Counted from the first letter of the stretch, positions 1-8,724 are shown. The stretch is 64,000 nt of DNA from an uncultured Bacteroidales bacterium (GCA_964601515.1 CAZRNU010000002.1:2755-66754), one strand, 5' to 3'. Translations and numbers: made by a program. The notes: a model not told the origin generated them from the sequence alone.

Positions 1-555
1 TTCAAATTCATTACCCGTAAATAGTGGTTCCCAAAATGGGTTTAATGTAAATAAAAAGAAGACAGGCAGATAAAACCAAGCAAATTTTTTAATATTTGAA
101 TAATGATTAGGAAGTTTGATGAAAGTACTAAGAAATAAAAACCCAATTCCTGCAAAAAAAGATTGCAATTGCCAGCCTTTAAATCCAATAAAAACAATTA
201 CAAATACAGTTAAGACATAAATTAATCCTTTAATTCGATTAATTCGAATAAATAAACATGCAGCTATACAAATCTGAGAATACAAGACAACAAATCTTAA
301 AATTTGCTTACTATATGGGGATTTATAATTAAAAACATCAAACACGAAATTATCGAAAATAAGAGGAAGCACCAGAAAAACAAAAAATGGCAAATTTATA
401 ATGAGAATGTTTTTGAAAATGCTTTTATTCTTATCATAAATAATAAAAACAAGAACTGCGTATCCCAAAATTACAAACCATGAGTATTTTACAAAGAATA
501 CGGCAATAAGTAAACTAATGAAAGCAAGGATGATACTAAAAATAGAGTTTTTCAT
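1..555 (-). CDS. Multi-pass membrane protein, hypothetical (runs off the window edge, 3' end missing)
   Basis: Manual translation from ATG at 555 is open to base 1 (MKNSIFSIILAFISLLIAVFFVKYSWFVILGYAVLVFII...), with several hydrophobic segments. Absent from the ORF track because no stop falls in the window. Lies 65 bp downstream of the co-oriented 621..1271 gene. Confidence 0.75.
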   Translation of the reverse strand, partial: MKNSIFSIILAFISLLIAVFFVKYSWFVILGYAVLVFIIYDKNKSIFKNILIINLPFFVFLVLPLIFDNFVFDVFNYKSPYSKQILRFVVLYSQICIAACLFIRINRIKGLIYVLTVFVIVFIGFKGWQLQSFFAGIGFLFLSTFIKLPNHYSNIKKFAWFYLPVFFLFTLNPFWEPLFTGNEFE

Positions 556-620
556 AATCAGAACAAATTAAAAATGGAATAAGCTACCTCAATTAACAAA
601 AATTGAGATAGCTTTTTAAA

Positions 621-1271
621 TTAATCACATATACCATTACACCTTGAATTTCCAAGAAGCCCACACCCACTATCTGTTCTAAGACATCCAATACTTTTAT
701 CGCATAGCTTGTATTCAAAATAGCAATATATATCATACAAACACTCGCAATCAACTTTGTCAGTTCCTAAATCTCCAATATTTCTTATAGCTTCATATAG
801 TTCTTCTTCAATCAATAAAGTATGGAAATAAACAAACAATTCTCTATCGTCCCAATGGAAATTATCTCTTGCATGCATTTCCCACAAATTTGCAAACTCG
901 TCAAATTCTTTCTTTTTATTTTTCGAAAAACCAAAATGTGATGGCTGAATAAAGTTTTTCAATTTACCAATATGAACCTTTTCAGTTATTGTAAAATTAT
1001 CAGATGACATCAAAATATCTATTTTTTCATTCCAAAGATTCCATTTATGAACAGGACTAAAACTTCTATATAAAGGTATTTGCATTTTATAAGGAACTAA
1101 TGCAAACTGTCCTCTTGATATATTTGTATAATTATTTTTATTATCTACAACCCATTGTTGCGTATCCGGATCGCAACTAAAAACCTCTTGCTCCTTTTGA
1201 CATGACAATAAAATAAAAATATTTAAAAGAATTACACAATATAATATTGTTTTAATTTTCAATGATTTCAT
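621..1271 (-). CDS. Bacteriocin fulvocin C-related lipoprotein
   Basis: Lipobox LLSC followed by QKEQE. C-terminal 8-Cys module CECLYDIYCYFEYKLCDKSIGCLRTDSGCGLLGNSRCNGIC, resembling the Bacteroidota fulvocin C-related family. Confidence 0.75.
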   Translation of the reverse strand: MKSLKIKTILYCVILLNIFILLSCQKEQEVFSCDPDTQQWVVDNKNNYTNISRGQFALVPYKMQIPLYRSFSPVHKWNLWNEKIDILMSSDNFTITEKVHIGKLKNFIQPSHFGFSKNKKKEFDEFANLWEMHARDNFHWDDRELFVYFHTLLIEEELYEAIRNIGDLGTDKVDCECLYDIYCYFEYKLCDKSIGCLRTDSGCGLLGNSRCNGICD

Positions 1272-1414
1272 ATTACTGATTTTTGTTTAACTAATTAAGT
1301 TTTCAATTAATGATTTTTTAAAATCGTTTACTTTCCTTATTTTTGACAAGTTTGGTTCCTTGGCTATAATCGTCTGAATAATCAGAGATTATGGCATAAA
1401 TGATTTTCTTTTTG

Positions 1415-1422
1415 TACTTTTG
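1415..1422 (+). promoter_or_regulatory. Bacteroidota -7 promoter box (TACTTTTG), antisense to the fulvocin-related gene leader
   Basis: Exact TAnnTTTG match with no + strand CDS downstream; followed by CACCTCCTTTCT and a hairpin. Confidence 0.45.
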
Positions 1423-1451
1423 CGTCACCTCCTTTCTAAAGGATTGGTATC

Positions 1452-1499
1452 AGGGCAGAAAATTCATTTTTGGAAGGATGTTTTTCTGCCCTTCTCTTT
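1452..1499 (+). terminator. Hairpin / possible intrinsic terminator of a short antisense transcript
   Basis: 11-bp perfect stem AGGGCAGAAAA (1452-1462) / TTTTCTGCCCT (1482-1492), followed by TCTCTTT. Confidence 0.45.
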
Positions 1500-1674
1500 A
1501 AAATATTTTTCTAAACAAATACATTTTATGTTGAGTATTGAATAGAGTTGTCGTTTCCATATAAGTTAATATTCATCAATCACTTCTTACAAAATCAAAA
1601 AAAACAATCTTTATTACTATTACTCACATATTCACAAACGAATATTCATTTTTATTCGTCTAATAAATTTAGAG

Positions 1675-1682
1675 CAAAAGTA
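1675..1682 (-). promoter_or_regulatory. -7 promoter box (TACTTTTG), candidate promoter for 621..1271 with a ~400-nt leader
   Basis: caaaagta on the + strand, oriented toward 1271. Confidence 0.4.
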
Positions 1683-1793
1683 AAAAACAATTTTGTTTAT
1701 TTTTTTTTTTTATTTTTTTAACATTTTTTATCTTATAATTTATATGCATGTATCTAAATATCACTTTGATTTGTAGAAGTATTGATATTTGAT

Positions 1794-1823
1794 GTAGAGA
1801 CGTGCCAGAAGGCGCATCTGTAC
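1794..1823. repeat. Degenerate REP-like palindrome GTAGAGACGTGCC-AGAA-GGCGCATCTGTAC
   Basis: 10 of 13 arm positions are complementary. The left arm TGTAGAGACGTG recurs exactly at 2921-2932. Confidence 0.55.
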
Positions 1824-1964
1824 GGCAATGTATGAATGTTGGAATCGAGGGCGAATAACTCCGAAGTTAAATATCTATAGAAAATATGGCATTACCAATA
1901 TCTGGCGCTACGAGGTGCAGCCTATTAATTTCAAAAATATCTTTTATCAGCGAAACGAAGTGCT

Positions 1965-2825
1965 TCACATATTCACCCCCATACCAAACAATGCAAAATC
2001 GTATTTCACAGGGTCGTTGGGATTGAATTTTCTGAGCTTGGAGGTTAGTTCTTCAACGGCCTTCCAATCGTTTTGTTTGCGTTTTAGTATTCCCAGGTTC
2101 CTGGAAACATTTCCGGAGTGAACATCCAATGGGCAATACAATGCTGATGCCGGAATCTTTTTCCAAAGCCCTAAATCAACACCTTTACCATCATTTCTAA
2201 CCATCCATCTTAGAAACATATTAATTCTTTTGGCAGCGGAGCCTGACTCAGGGTCGCTAATATGCCTTGATGTTCGTGGCAAGTATGGAAGCTCAAGAAA
2301 AACTTTTCTAAAATATATAATTGCATCTTTAACATCCCTACTTTTTTCAAATCCTTTGGTGAAAACCTTTTCCAATCCTCCGTGGTTGAGGTAAATATTT
2401 TTCAGTGAGTATAAAAAATACTCAAGATCAAACATATTGCAGGTGCGGTGAACAAATTTAGCAGCAGATTTAATGTCCTTCTCAGAAAAATTCATTACAA
2501 AATCATAAGGAGCATCATTCATAATCTCAACCATTCTTTTTCCGCTTGTAATAATGCTTTTTCTGTTTCCCCAAGCTATCAATGAAACCAACAATCCGGA
2601 AATCTCTTTATCCTCTTTTACTAAAAAACTGTGTGGAATTGATATTGGGTCGTTTTCAATAAATTTGACAGTATTGAATAGCTCAACCTTTTCATCAAGA
2701 AGGGATTTGAGGCGGAAGTCGGCAGTCGGCAGTCGGCAGTCGGCAGTCGGCAGTCGTAAGTCGACAGTCGTAAGTCGGCAGTCGGCAGTCGTTTGTGGTA
2801 AGTCGGATTTAGTTTTAGGTTTCAA
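1965..2825 (-). CDS. TIGR02757 family protein (DUF2400, HhH-GPD-like fold, putative DNA repair); N-terminus encoded across a heptamer repeat
   Basis: Motifs LDEKVELFN, DPISIPH, AWGNRKSII, SAAKRINMFLRWMVR, PLDVH, DPVKYDFALFG. No in-frame start between the repeat and the conserved core. Nearest start is TTG at 2825, downstream of a TAAATTTG box at 2852-2859; the ORF is open to TTG at 2909. Confidence 0.85.
   Translation of the reverse strand: MKPKTKSDLPQTTADCRLTTVDLRLPTADCRLPTADFRLKSLLDEKVELFNTVKFIENDPISIPHSFLVKEDKEISGLLVSLIAWGNRKSIITSGKRMVEIMNDAPYDFVMNFSEKDIKSAAKFVHRTCNMFDLEYFLYSLKNIYLNHGGLEKVFTKGFEKSRDVKDAIIYFRKVFLELPYLPRTSRHISDPESGSAAKRINMFLRWMVRNDGKGVDLGLWKKIPASALYCPLDVHSGNVSRNLGILKRKQNDWKAVEELTSKLRKFNPNDPVKYDFALFGMGVNM
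2717..2807. repeat. Heptamer tandem repeat (AGTCGGC)n, 13 units, 7 perfect
   Basis: Read directly: 5x AGTCGGC, AGTCGTA, AGTCGAC, AGTCGTA, 2x AGTCGGC, AGTCGTT, TGTGGTA, AGTCGGA. Confidence 0.95.
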
Positions 2826-2969
2826 ATTACAATTGATTTTGAAATTTTTTCCAAATTTAGAGATTATGGTGGGATTATTATTGATTTTGAAATCATCTGT
2901 AAAAAACAAAACACCAAACTTGTAGAGACGTGATTTGTATTGTTTGGCGTTCGGCTAATCCCCACATTA

Positions 2970-2997
2970 TCTTCAATCTTCAATCTTCAATCTCAAA
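2970..2997. repeat. Heptamer tandem repeat (TCTTCAA)3 plus a degenerate unit, at the dgt stop codon
   Basis: tcttcaa tcttcaa tcttcaa tctcaaa. Confidence 0.85.
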
Positions 2998-4324
2998 TAT
3001 CTACCCCTTTAATCTGTCTGAAAACACTAACAGCATACGTATCTGTCATGCCGGATATGAAATCTACCACACTTCTCATTTTATCATATGTGTTAGCATT
3101 TTCGGATTGATACTGAGACGGGAACAGCGACAATAGTTTTCTCGAATAATCTGTTTGTGGATTTAAAACAGCAGCGGTGAACTCTTCCATTAAAAACCCT
3201 AAAACATTATATCCTGCTATTTCAATTTTCACTACTGATGGGTGGTTGTATACTTCAGTATAGGCAATTTCGGCAATGTTTTTCAATGCTGATGATTGTT
3301 TTGGAGCCATACATTTAAGGAGTTTACTCTCAAACTGTCCATCCATTATACTTTTGTAATTCTCAACGAAAGCTTTTGCGGCTTCTTCGGCAAGTTTGCC
3401 AATAACCATTGCCCTTAAAAAGGCCATCTGCTCATTTGCATCGGTAACTTCAGATACTGTACTTTGAATTTTTGAAATACGATTTGCATCTTGTTTCTCA
3501 TCAAAGAACTCCATAAAAAGCTCTTTAATTCGGCTTTTGCTCATTATATTAAGCTTCATGGCATCTTCCATATCCATAATCTGATAGCAGATATCGTCGG
3601 CAGCTTCTACCAGATAAACCAATGGGTGACGCGCATACACCAACGGACTTGCAGTAAGTTTTGGAATCTCGGCATGTTCTATTATTTGCCTGAAAGTATC
3701 ATTTTCGGAATAAAAATGTCCGTATTTTTTATGTTTTTTAACGCTTAATGAAGAAAACGGATATTTAATTGTTGTTGCAAGAGTGGCATAGGTAAGAGCA
3801 TACCCTCCTTTGCGCCTGCCATTAAACTGATGCGTAAGCAATCTTAAAAGATTTGCATTTCCTTCAAAATAAGCAAGGTCATTAAATTGTTGTTCGTCGA
3901 AATGCGTCTTTAACTCTGAGCCTTTTCCATTAACAAAGAAGTTAGATATTGCTTTTTCCCCACTATGTCCGAAGGGCGGATTTCCTAGATCGTGGACCAA
4001 GCAAGCAGTTGCCACAACTGAGCCTATTTCTGCAACAATCTCAGCTTCTTCTGCCGACAAATTGCTTTTAATTTTTTTAAAAACCTGATTCCCTATAGAT
4101 CGCCCAACAGAGGCCACTTCAAGGCTGTGAGTGAGTCGGTTGTGTACAAATATTTTTTCAGGTAATGGGAAAACCTGAGTTTTATTTTGCAATCTTCTGA
4201 ATGGTGTTGAGAAAATAATTCTATCAAAGTCTCTTTGAAATTCAGTTCTTACATCGCTCCATACATCCGGAGGAATATCTTCACGCATAAAGCGTTGAGG
4301 TGAAAGTAGTTTTTTCCATTCCAT
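2993..4324 (-). CDS. dgt: dGTP triphosphohydrolase (HD family)
   Basis: RDFDRII, FRRLQNKTQVF, HNRLTHSLEV, HDLGNPPFGHSGE, FEGNAN, EAADDICY, DFISGMTD. Confidence 0.95.
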   Translation of the reverse strand: MEWKKLLSPQRFMREDIPPDVWSDVRTEFQRDFDRIIFSTPFRRLQNKTQVFPLPEKIFVHNRLTHSLEVASVGRSIGNQVFKKIKSNLSAEEAEIVAEIGSVVATACLVHDLGNPPFGHSGEKAISNFFVNGKGSELKTHFDEQQFNDLAYFEGNANLLRLLTHQFNGRRKGGYALTYATLATTIKYPFSSLSVKKHKKYGHFYSENDTFRQIIEHAEIPKLTASPLVYARHPLVYLVEAADDICYQIMDMEDAMKLNIMSKSRIKELFMEFFDEKQDANRISKIQSTVSEVTDANEQMAFLRAMVIGKLAEEAAKAFVENYKSIMDGQFESKLLKCMAPKQSSALKNIAEIAYTEVYNHPSVVKIEIAGYNVLGFLMEEFTAAVLNPQTDYSRKLLSLFPSQYQSENANTYDKMRSVVDFISGMTDTYAVSVFRQIKGVDI

Positions 4325-4332
4325 AGGAGGGG

Positions 4333-4381
4333 TAGTGTTTAGTGGATAGTGTATAGTGGATAGTGTATAGTGGATAGTGGT
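4333..4381. repeat. Heptamer tandem repeat TAGTG(G/T)A x7, just upstream of the dgt start
   Basis: tagtgtt tagtgga tagtgta tagtgga tagtgta tagtgga tagtggt. Confidence 0.9.
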
Positions 4382-4392
4382 TGCAAATTTCC

Positions 4393-4998
4393 TTATATCC
4401 TCTCTTGAGCGTTTTTTAAGATATTGTAAAGAAACTCTCTTGCTCTAAAGAGTTGCGCCTTTACCGTTCCCAGTGGCAAATCGAGTTCTTCACTAATTTC
4501 TTCATAAGAAAGCTCTCTGAAATATCTGAGTTCGACCAGCTGGCGGTATCTTGGCTTAAGCTTTTCTACAACTTCTCTCATCAGTTTAATCTTTTGATTT
4601 CTGATAAGATGCTCTTCCGGGTCGTTGGTTCCGGAGGGGAGATTTTGAACACTTGCCGACTCGTAAATTTCTTCGTTTGCTTCTTGCACTAGAGGATTTT
4701 TCTTTTTCTTACGCATATGGTCAATGCAATTGTTTGATGCAATTTTGAATAACCATGTGCTAAATGCGTAATCAGGGGTATATTGAGCTATATTTTTAAA
4801 AGCTTTACCAAATGCTTCTATTGTAAGATCTTCGGCATCATCGGGATGCCCTGTCATTTTAAGAAGCATAAAATAGATAGTATCCTTATAAAGCCCCATC
4901 AGTTCTGCGTAGGCTTTTTGACTGCCTTTTTCGACAGCTTCCTGAACGAGAACCAAATCTCTTTGTGCTTTTTCAGTTAAATTAGGATTTACTTCCAT
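4393..4998 (-). CDS. RNA polymerase ECF sigma-70 factor
   Basis: Region 2 DAEDLTIEAFGKAF...FSTWLFKIASNNCID; region 4 LSYEEISEELDLPLGTVKAQLFRAR. Confidence 0.93.
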   Translation of the reverse strand: MEVNPNLTEKAQRDLVLVQEAVEKGSQKAYAELMGLYKDTIYFMLLKMTGHPDDAEDLTIEAFGKAFKNIAQYTPDYAFSTWLFKIASNNCIDHMRKKKKNPLVQEANEEIYESASVQNLPSGTNDPEEHLIRNQKIKLMREVVEKLKPRYRQLVELRYFRELSYEEISEELDLPLGTVKAQLFRAREFLYNILKNAQERI

Positions 4999-6137
4999 CT
5001 ATTCTTTTTAACAAACCAATTTGAAATAAGAAAAATCGGGTTTAAAAGTAAAAAAATCACCTCAAATAAGGGCGAAAATATAAATAATTTTCTTTCGTTG
5101 AACTTTTTACATGCATTATAATACAAAAGTAATAAAACAACCCATCTCAACAAAAACACAGAACCCGCTATCAGCAAAAGATTTAAAGAAGTAATTAAAA
5201 ATATTGCTACAACAAACCCTGCAAAAAACAAAAACTGACTCAAGGAATAAAATCCAAGCCTGAACTTGTGCGAAAATTTATAATATTTGGCTGTTGACAA
5301 ATGTCTTTTTTTCTGAAAGAACCAAGAAGAGAAAGTCTTCTTAGGTTCAGAATATGTATAGCTATCCTGAGATATTTCTATACAAGTATTTTTCTTGCTA
5401 GCAGTTTGGTTAATAAAAAGATCATCGTCGCCTGAGCTGATCTTGTAATGAGATGTAAATCCTTTTGCTTCAATAAAAAGTCTCTTGCGGTATGCGAGAT
5501 TGCGTCCAACCCCCATATATGTGTATCCCGCGAGGGCGTATGAAAAGTATTGAAGAGCAATACTAATGGTGTCAAACCTAATAAGTGCATTAAGAAATCC
5601 CGGATATTTATTATAACCGCTATATCCAAGAACTATATCCGTTCCATTATCAAAGTGTTGCTGCATTGAACTGATCCAGTTCTTGCCAACAACCCTGCAA
5701 TCAGCATCAGTAAGTAGAACCACATCATTTTTGGCAGACTTTATTCCTACAGCTAAGGCAAGCTTTTTACCGGAAAAAAAATTTACGTTTTCTCTTAGAT
5801 TAACAATTTTGAGATGAGAATATTTTTTCTCAAAGTTTCTAAGCAGGAAAACACTATCGTCATCGGAAAAGTCGTTTACTACAATAACTTCATAATCCGG
5901 ATAATCCTGCTCTAGAATAAGAGGAAGGAATTCCTGAAGGTTATCGTGTTCGTTTTTAGCGCATATAACAACAGATACAGGGTTAGATACTTTCTTATGA
6001 AGTTTTTTATGAGTTTTATAAAACACAAATCTCAAAAAGAAAAAGCCAAAATAAAAAAATTGTATCAGAGCGAAAAAGACAAAAACGCTAAATATAAGAT
6101 GTTCTATATCAGTAATAAATTCCCAAATACTAACCAT
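4989..6137 (-). CDS. Glycosyltransferase family 2, membrane-bound
   Basis: VSVVICAKNE, VVNDFSDD, LLTDADC, SGDDDLF, QKKRH motifs; N- and C-terminal TM helices. Confidence 0.9.
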   Translation of the reverse strand: MVSIWEFITDIEHLIFSVFVFFALIQFFYFGFFFLRFVFYKTHKKLHKKVSNPVSVVICAKNEHDNLQEFLPLILEQDYPDYEVIVVNDFSDDDSVFLLRNFEKKYSHLKIVNLRENVNFFSGKKLALAVGIKSAKNDVVLLTDADCRVVGKNWISSMQQHFDNGTDIVLGYSGYNKYPGFLNALIRFDTISIALQYFSYALAGYTYMGVGRNLAYRKRLFIEAKGFTSHYKISSGDDDLFINQTASKKNTCIEISQDSYTYSEPKKTFSSWFFQKKRHLSTAKYYKFSHKFRLGFYSLSQFLFFAGFVVAIFLITSLNLLLIAGSVFLLRWVVLLLLYYNACKKFNERKLFIFSPLFEVIFLLLNPIFLISNWFVKKNRWK

Positions 6138-6200
6138 ATCTAATAAAACAGAATAAATTTTAAAGCAGCAAAATTACCCAAATCTTTTATGATTAAGTTC

Positions 6201-6208
6201 TATCTTTG
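6201..6208 (+). promoter_or_regulatory. -7 promoter box (TATCTTTG) of tgt
   Basis: Consensus match ending 19 bp before the ATG. Confidence 0.6.
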
Positions 6209-6226
6209 AAAAAATTATTTCAATAA

Positions 6227-7357
6227 ATGAAGTTTAAGATATTATCACAAGATAAAAACTCGGCAGCCAGATGTGGTGAAATAACTACCAATCATGGAGT
6301 TATACAAACACCTATTTTTATGCCTGTAGGAACGGCGGGTACTGTGAAAGCCATTCACAACAAGGATTTAAAGGAGGAAGTGAAGGCAGAAATAATTCTT
6401 GGCAATACATATCATTTGTATTTAAGACCTGGTACTGATATAATAAAAAAGGCCGGCGGGCTGCACAAATTTAACGGATGGGATAAGCCAATACTTACTG
6501 ACAGTGGCGGATATCAGGTATATTCGCTTGCACACAGGCGAAAGCTTAAAGACGATGGAGTAATGTTTCATTCGCATATCGATGGTTCAAAGCATTTATT
6601 CACTCCTGAAGGCGTAATGGATATTCAAAGAATTATAGGTGCTGATATTATAATGGCATTTGACGAATGTACACCATACCCATGCGATTACGATTATGCT
6701 AAAAAATCTATGGATTTAACCCATAGCTGGCTAAAAAGATGCTGCACTCACTTCGACAATACAGGGCCGGTTTATGATTATAGCCAGACTCTTTTTCCGA
6801 TAGTACAGGGAAGTACATATAAAGATTTAAGAAAAATATCTGCTGAATACATATCAGAGATGAATCGTGAAGGCAATGCAATTGGAGGATTATCAGTTGG
6901 AGAACCTGCAGAAATGATGTATGAAATGACCGAACTTGTTTGTGGAATTTTACCTAAAGACAAACCGAGATATCTTATGGGAGTAGGTACTCCGGCAAAT
7001 ATTCTTGAAAGTATAGCCTTGGGTGTAGATATGTTTGATTGTGTAATGCCTACAAGAAATGCCAGAAACGGGATGCTTTTTACAAGTGAAGGAATTCTTA
7101 ATATGAAAAATGTAAAATGGAGAGATGATTTTTCACCAATTGATTCAAATGGAGAAGCTTTTGTTGACTCTATGTATACGAAGGCATATTTAAGACATCT
7201 CTTTGTAGCTAATGAAATACTAGCTTCAATAATTGCAACAATGCACAATCTAAGTTTTTATTTGTGGCTAGTTACACAAGCCAGAAACCATATAAAAGAA
7301 GGAACTTTTAAAGAGTGGAAAGATCAAATGATTCCAAAAATTTCGAGAAGATTGTAA
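6227..7357 (+). CDS. tgt: Queuine tRNA-ribosyltransferase (tRNA-guanine transglycosylase)
   Basis: TPIFMPVGT, ILGNTYHLYLRPG, LTDSGGYQV, FDCVMPTRNARNG. Confidence 0.98.
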   Translation: MKFKILSQDKNSAARCGEITTNHGVIQTPIFMPVGTAGTVKAIHNKDLKEEVKAEIILGNTYHLYLRPGTDIIKKAGGLHKFNGWDKPILTDSGGYQVYSLAHRRKLKDDGVMFHSHIDGSKHLFTPEGVMDIQRIIGADIIMAFDECTPYPCDYDYAKKSMDLTHSWLKRCCTHFDNTGPVYDYSQTLFPIVQGSTYKDLRKISAEYISEMNREGNAIGGLSVGEPAEMMYEMTELVCGILPKDKPRYLMGVGTPANILESIALGVDMFDCVMPTRNARNGMLFTSEGILNMKNVKWRDDFSPIDSNGEAFVDSMYTKAYLRHLFVANEILASIIATMHNLSFYLWLVTQARNHIKEGTFKEWKDQMIPKISRRL

Positions 7358-7391
7358 TTTAAGTAAATTTGTCGGAGATTAATATTAGCAT

Positions 7392-8471
7392 ATGCTTACA
7401 ATTATAGACAGATATATAATGCGAAAGTTTCTTGGCACATTCTTTTATGCCATAGCATTGATAATTGTAATCGTAATAATTTTTGACATTTCAGAAAGAG
7501 TTGATGATTTCATTGAAAACAAAGCACCTTTGAAAGATATACTTTTTGTATACTATTTAAACTTTATACCATACTTTGTAAACCTATTTAGTCCGCTATT
7601 TACATTCATTGCAGTAATATTTTTCACATCACGCCTTGCATTTAACACTGAAATTGTGGCAATATTAAGCAATGGCATCAGTTTTAAAAGAATGCTCGTA
7701 CCATATATGCTATCAGCAATATTGCTTGCATTACTATCTGTATATCTTTCAAATTTTCTAATTCCAAATGCTAATGCAAAAAGATTAGATTTTGAATCAA
7801 AGTATATAAAAAAACAAGCTAGATTTAGAGAAAGGAATATACATCAGCAAATACGACCCGGAGTTTTCATTTATCTTGAATCATTTAACGACAGAAATAA
7901 TATAGGGTATTCTTTTGCTATTGAAAAAATCAACAACGGTAAGCTAACATACAAAATGAATGCTGAGACTATTCGTTGGCAAGAGGAAGAGGAAAACTGG
8001 AGGTTAAACAATTATACCATTAGAAAAATAGACAATCTAAATGAAACTCTGATTTCGGGAAGACAACTAGATACAATATTTGACTTCGTTCCATCAGATT
8101 TTGTTCAAAGCCTTACAAATATGGAGACAATGAATTTCAGCGCATTAAATACATTCATTGAAAACGAGAGAATAAAAGGCAGCGAACATATAAAATACTA
8201 TCTGGTTGAAAAACACCGCAGAATAGCTTTCCCTTTTTCAACACTAGTATTAACATTAATTGGAGTTGCCTTGTCATCAAGAAAAGTAAAAGGAGGAATT
8301 GGATTACACCTATTTGCAGGAATCTCACTGAGTTTTACATTTATTCTATTTATGCAAATAACTACAACGTTTGCAACCAATGGGAATCTTCCTGCTTGGC
8401 TTTCCTTATGGATACCAAATTTTATATTCTCTATTCTGGGGATTTATCTTCTGATAAAGGCTCCGAAGTAA
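7392..8471 (+). CDS. LptF/LptG family LPS export permease
   Basis: IDRYIMRKFL start, 3+3 TM layout with periplasmic beta domain, EIVAILSNGISFKR, HRRIAFPFS. Confidence 0.9.
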   Translation: MLTIIDRYIMRKFLGTFFYAIALIIVIVIIFDISERVDDFIENKAPLKDILFVYYLNFIPYFVNLFSPLFTFIAVIFFTSRLAFNTEIVAILSNGISFKRMLVPYMLSAILLALLSVYLSNFLIPNANAKRLDFESKYIKKQARFRERNIHQQIRPGVFIYLESFNDRNNIGYSFAIEKINNGKLTYKMNAETIRWQEEEENWRLNNYTIRKIDNLNETLISGRQLDTIFDFVPSDFVQSLTNMETMNFSALNTFIENERIKGSEHIKYYLVEKHRRIAFPFSTLVLTLIGVALSSRKVKGGIGLHLFAGISLSFTFILFMQITTTFATNGNLPAWLSLWIPNFIFSILGIYLLIKAPK

Positions 8472-8724
8472 TTTTATTTTCCTTTTTTAGTTTTACAAAA
8501 AAGTCCGGCAAAATATAACCCAACAATCCACCCCATAACATTGTAAAGTAAGGATTTGATTGTAAAGAGCAATTGCCCGATGTACAACCTACCTTTACAT
8601 AATATAAATACCCAAGTCCAACACCTAATAATGCGAACGCTAATAAAACAGCATAATACTTCTTTTTATCTTCAATAATCAGGGGAAGTTTAAACCTCCC
8701 CTGTTTTTTATTATTTTCATTCAT
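8431..8724 (-). CDS. DUF6132 family small membrane protein
   Basis: GLGYLYYVKVGCTSGNCSLQSNPYFTMLWGGLLG. ATG at 8724; ORF open to GTG at 8733. Confidence 0.75.
   Translation of the reverse strand: MNENNKKQGRFKLPLIIEDKKKYYAVLLAFALLGVGLGYLYYVKVGCTSGNCSLQSNPYFTMLWGGLLGYILPDFFVKLKKENKITSEPLSEDKSPE

Noticed and set aside
1498-1560. Small ORF METTTLFNTQHKMYLFRKIF in the fulvocin leader
   Set aside because: No distinctive composition or other support; expected by chance.
1700-1711. 12-T homopolymer near the putative fulvocin promoter as a phase-variation tract
   Set aside because: Long A/T runs are common in these AT-rich spacers, and no clear -33 box exists to define spacing.
2993-4324. dgt as an anti-phage dGTPase
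   Set aside because: Ordinary length and embedded among housekeeping genes, with no defence-island context.
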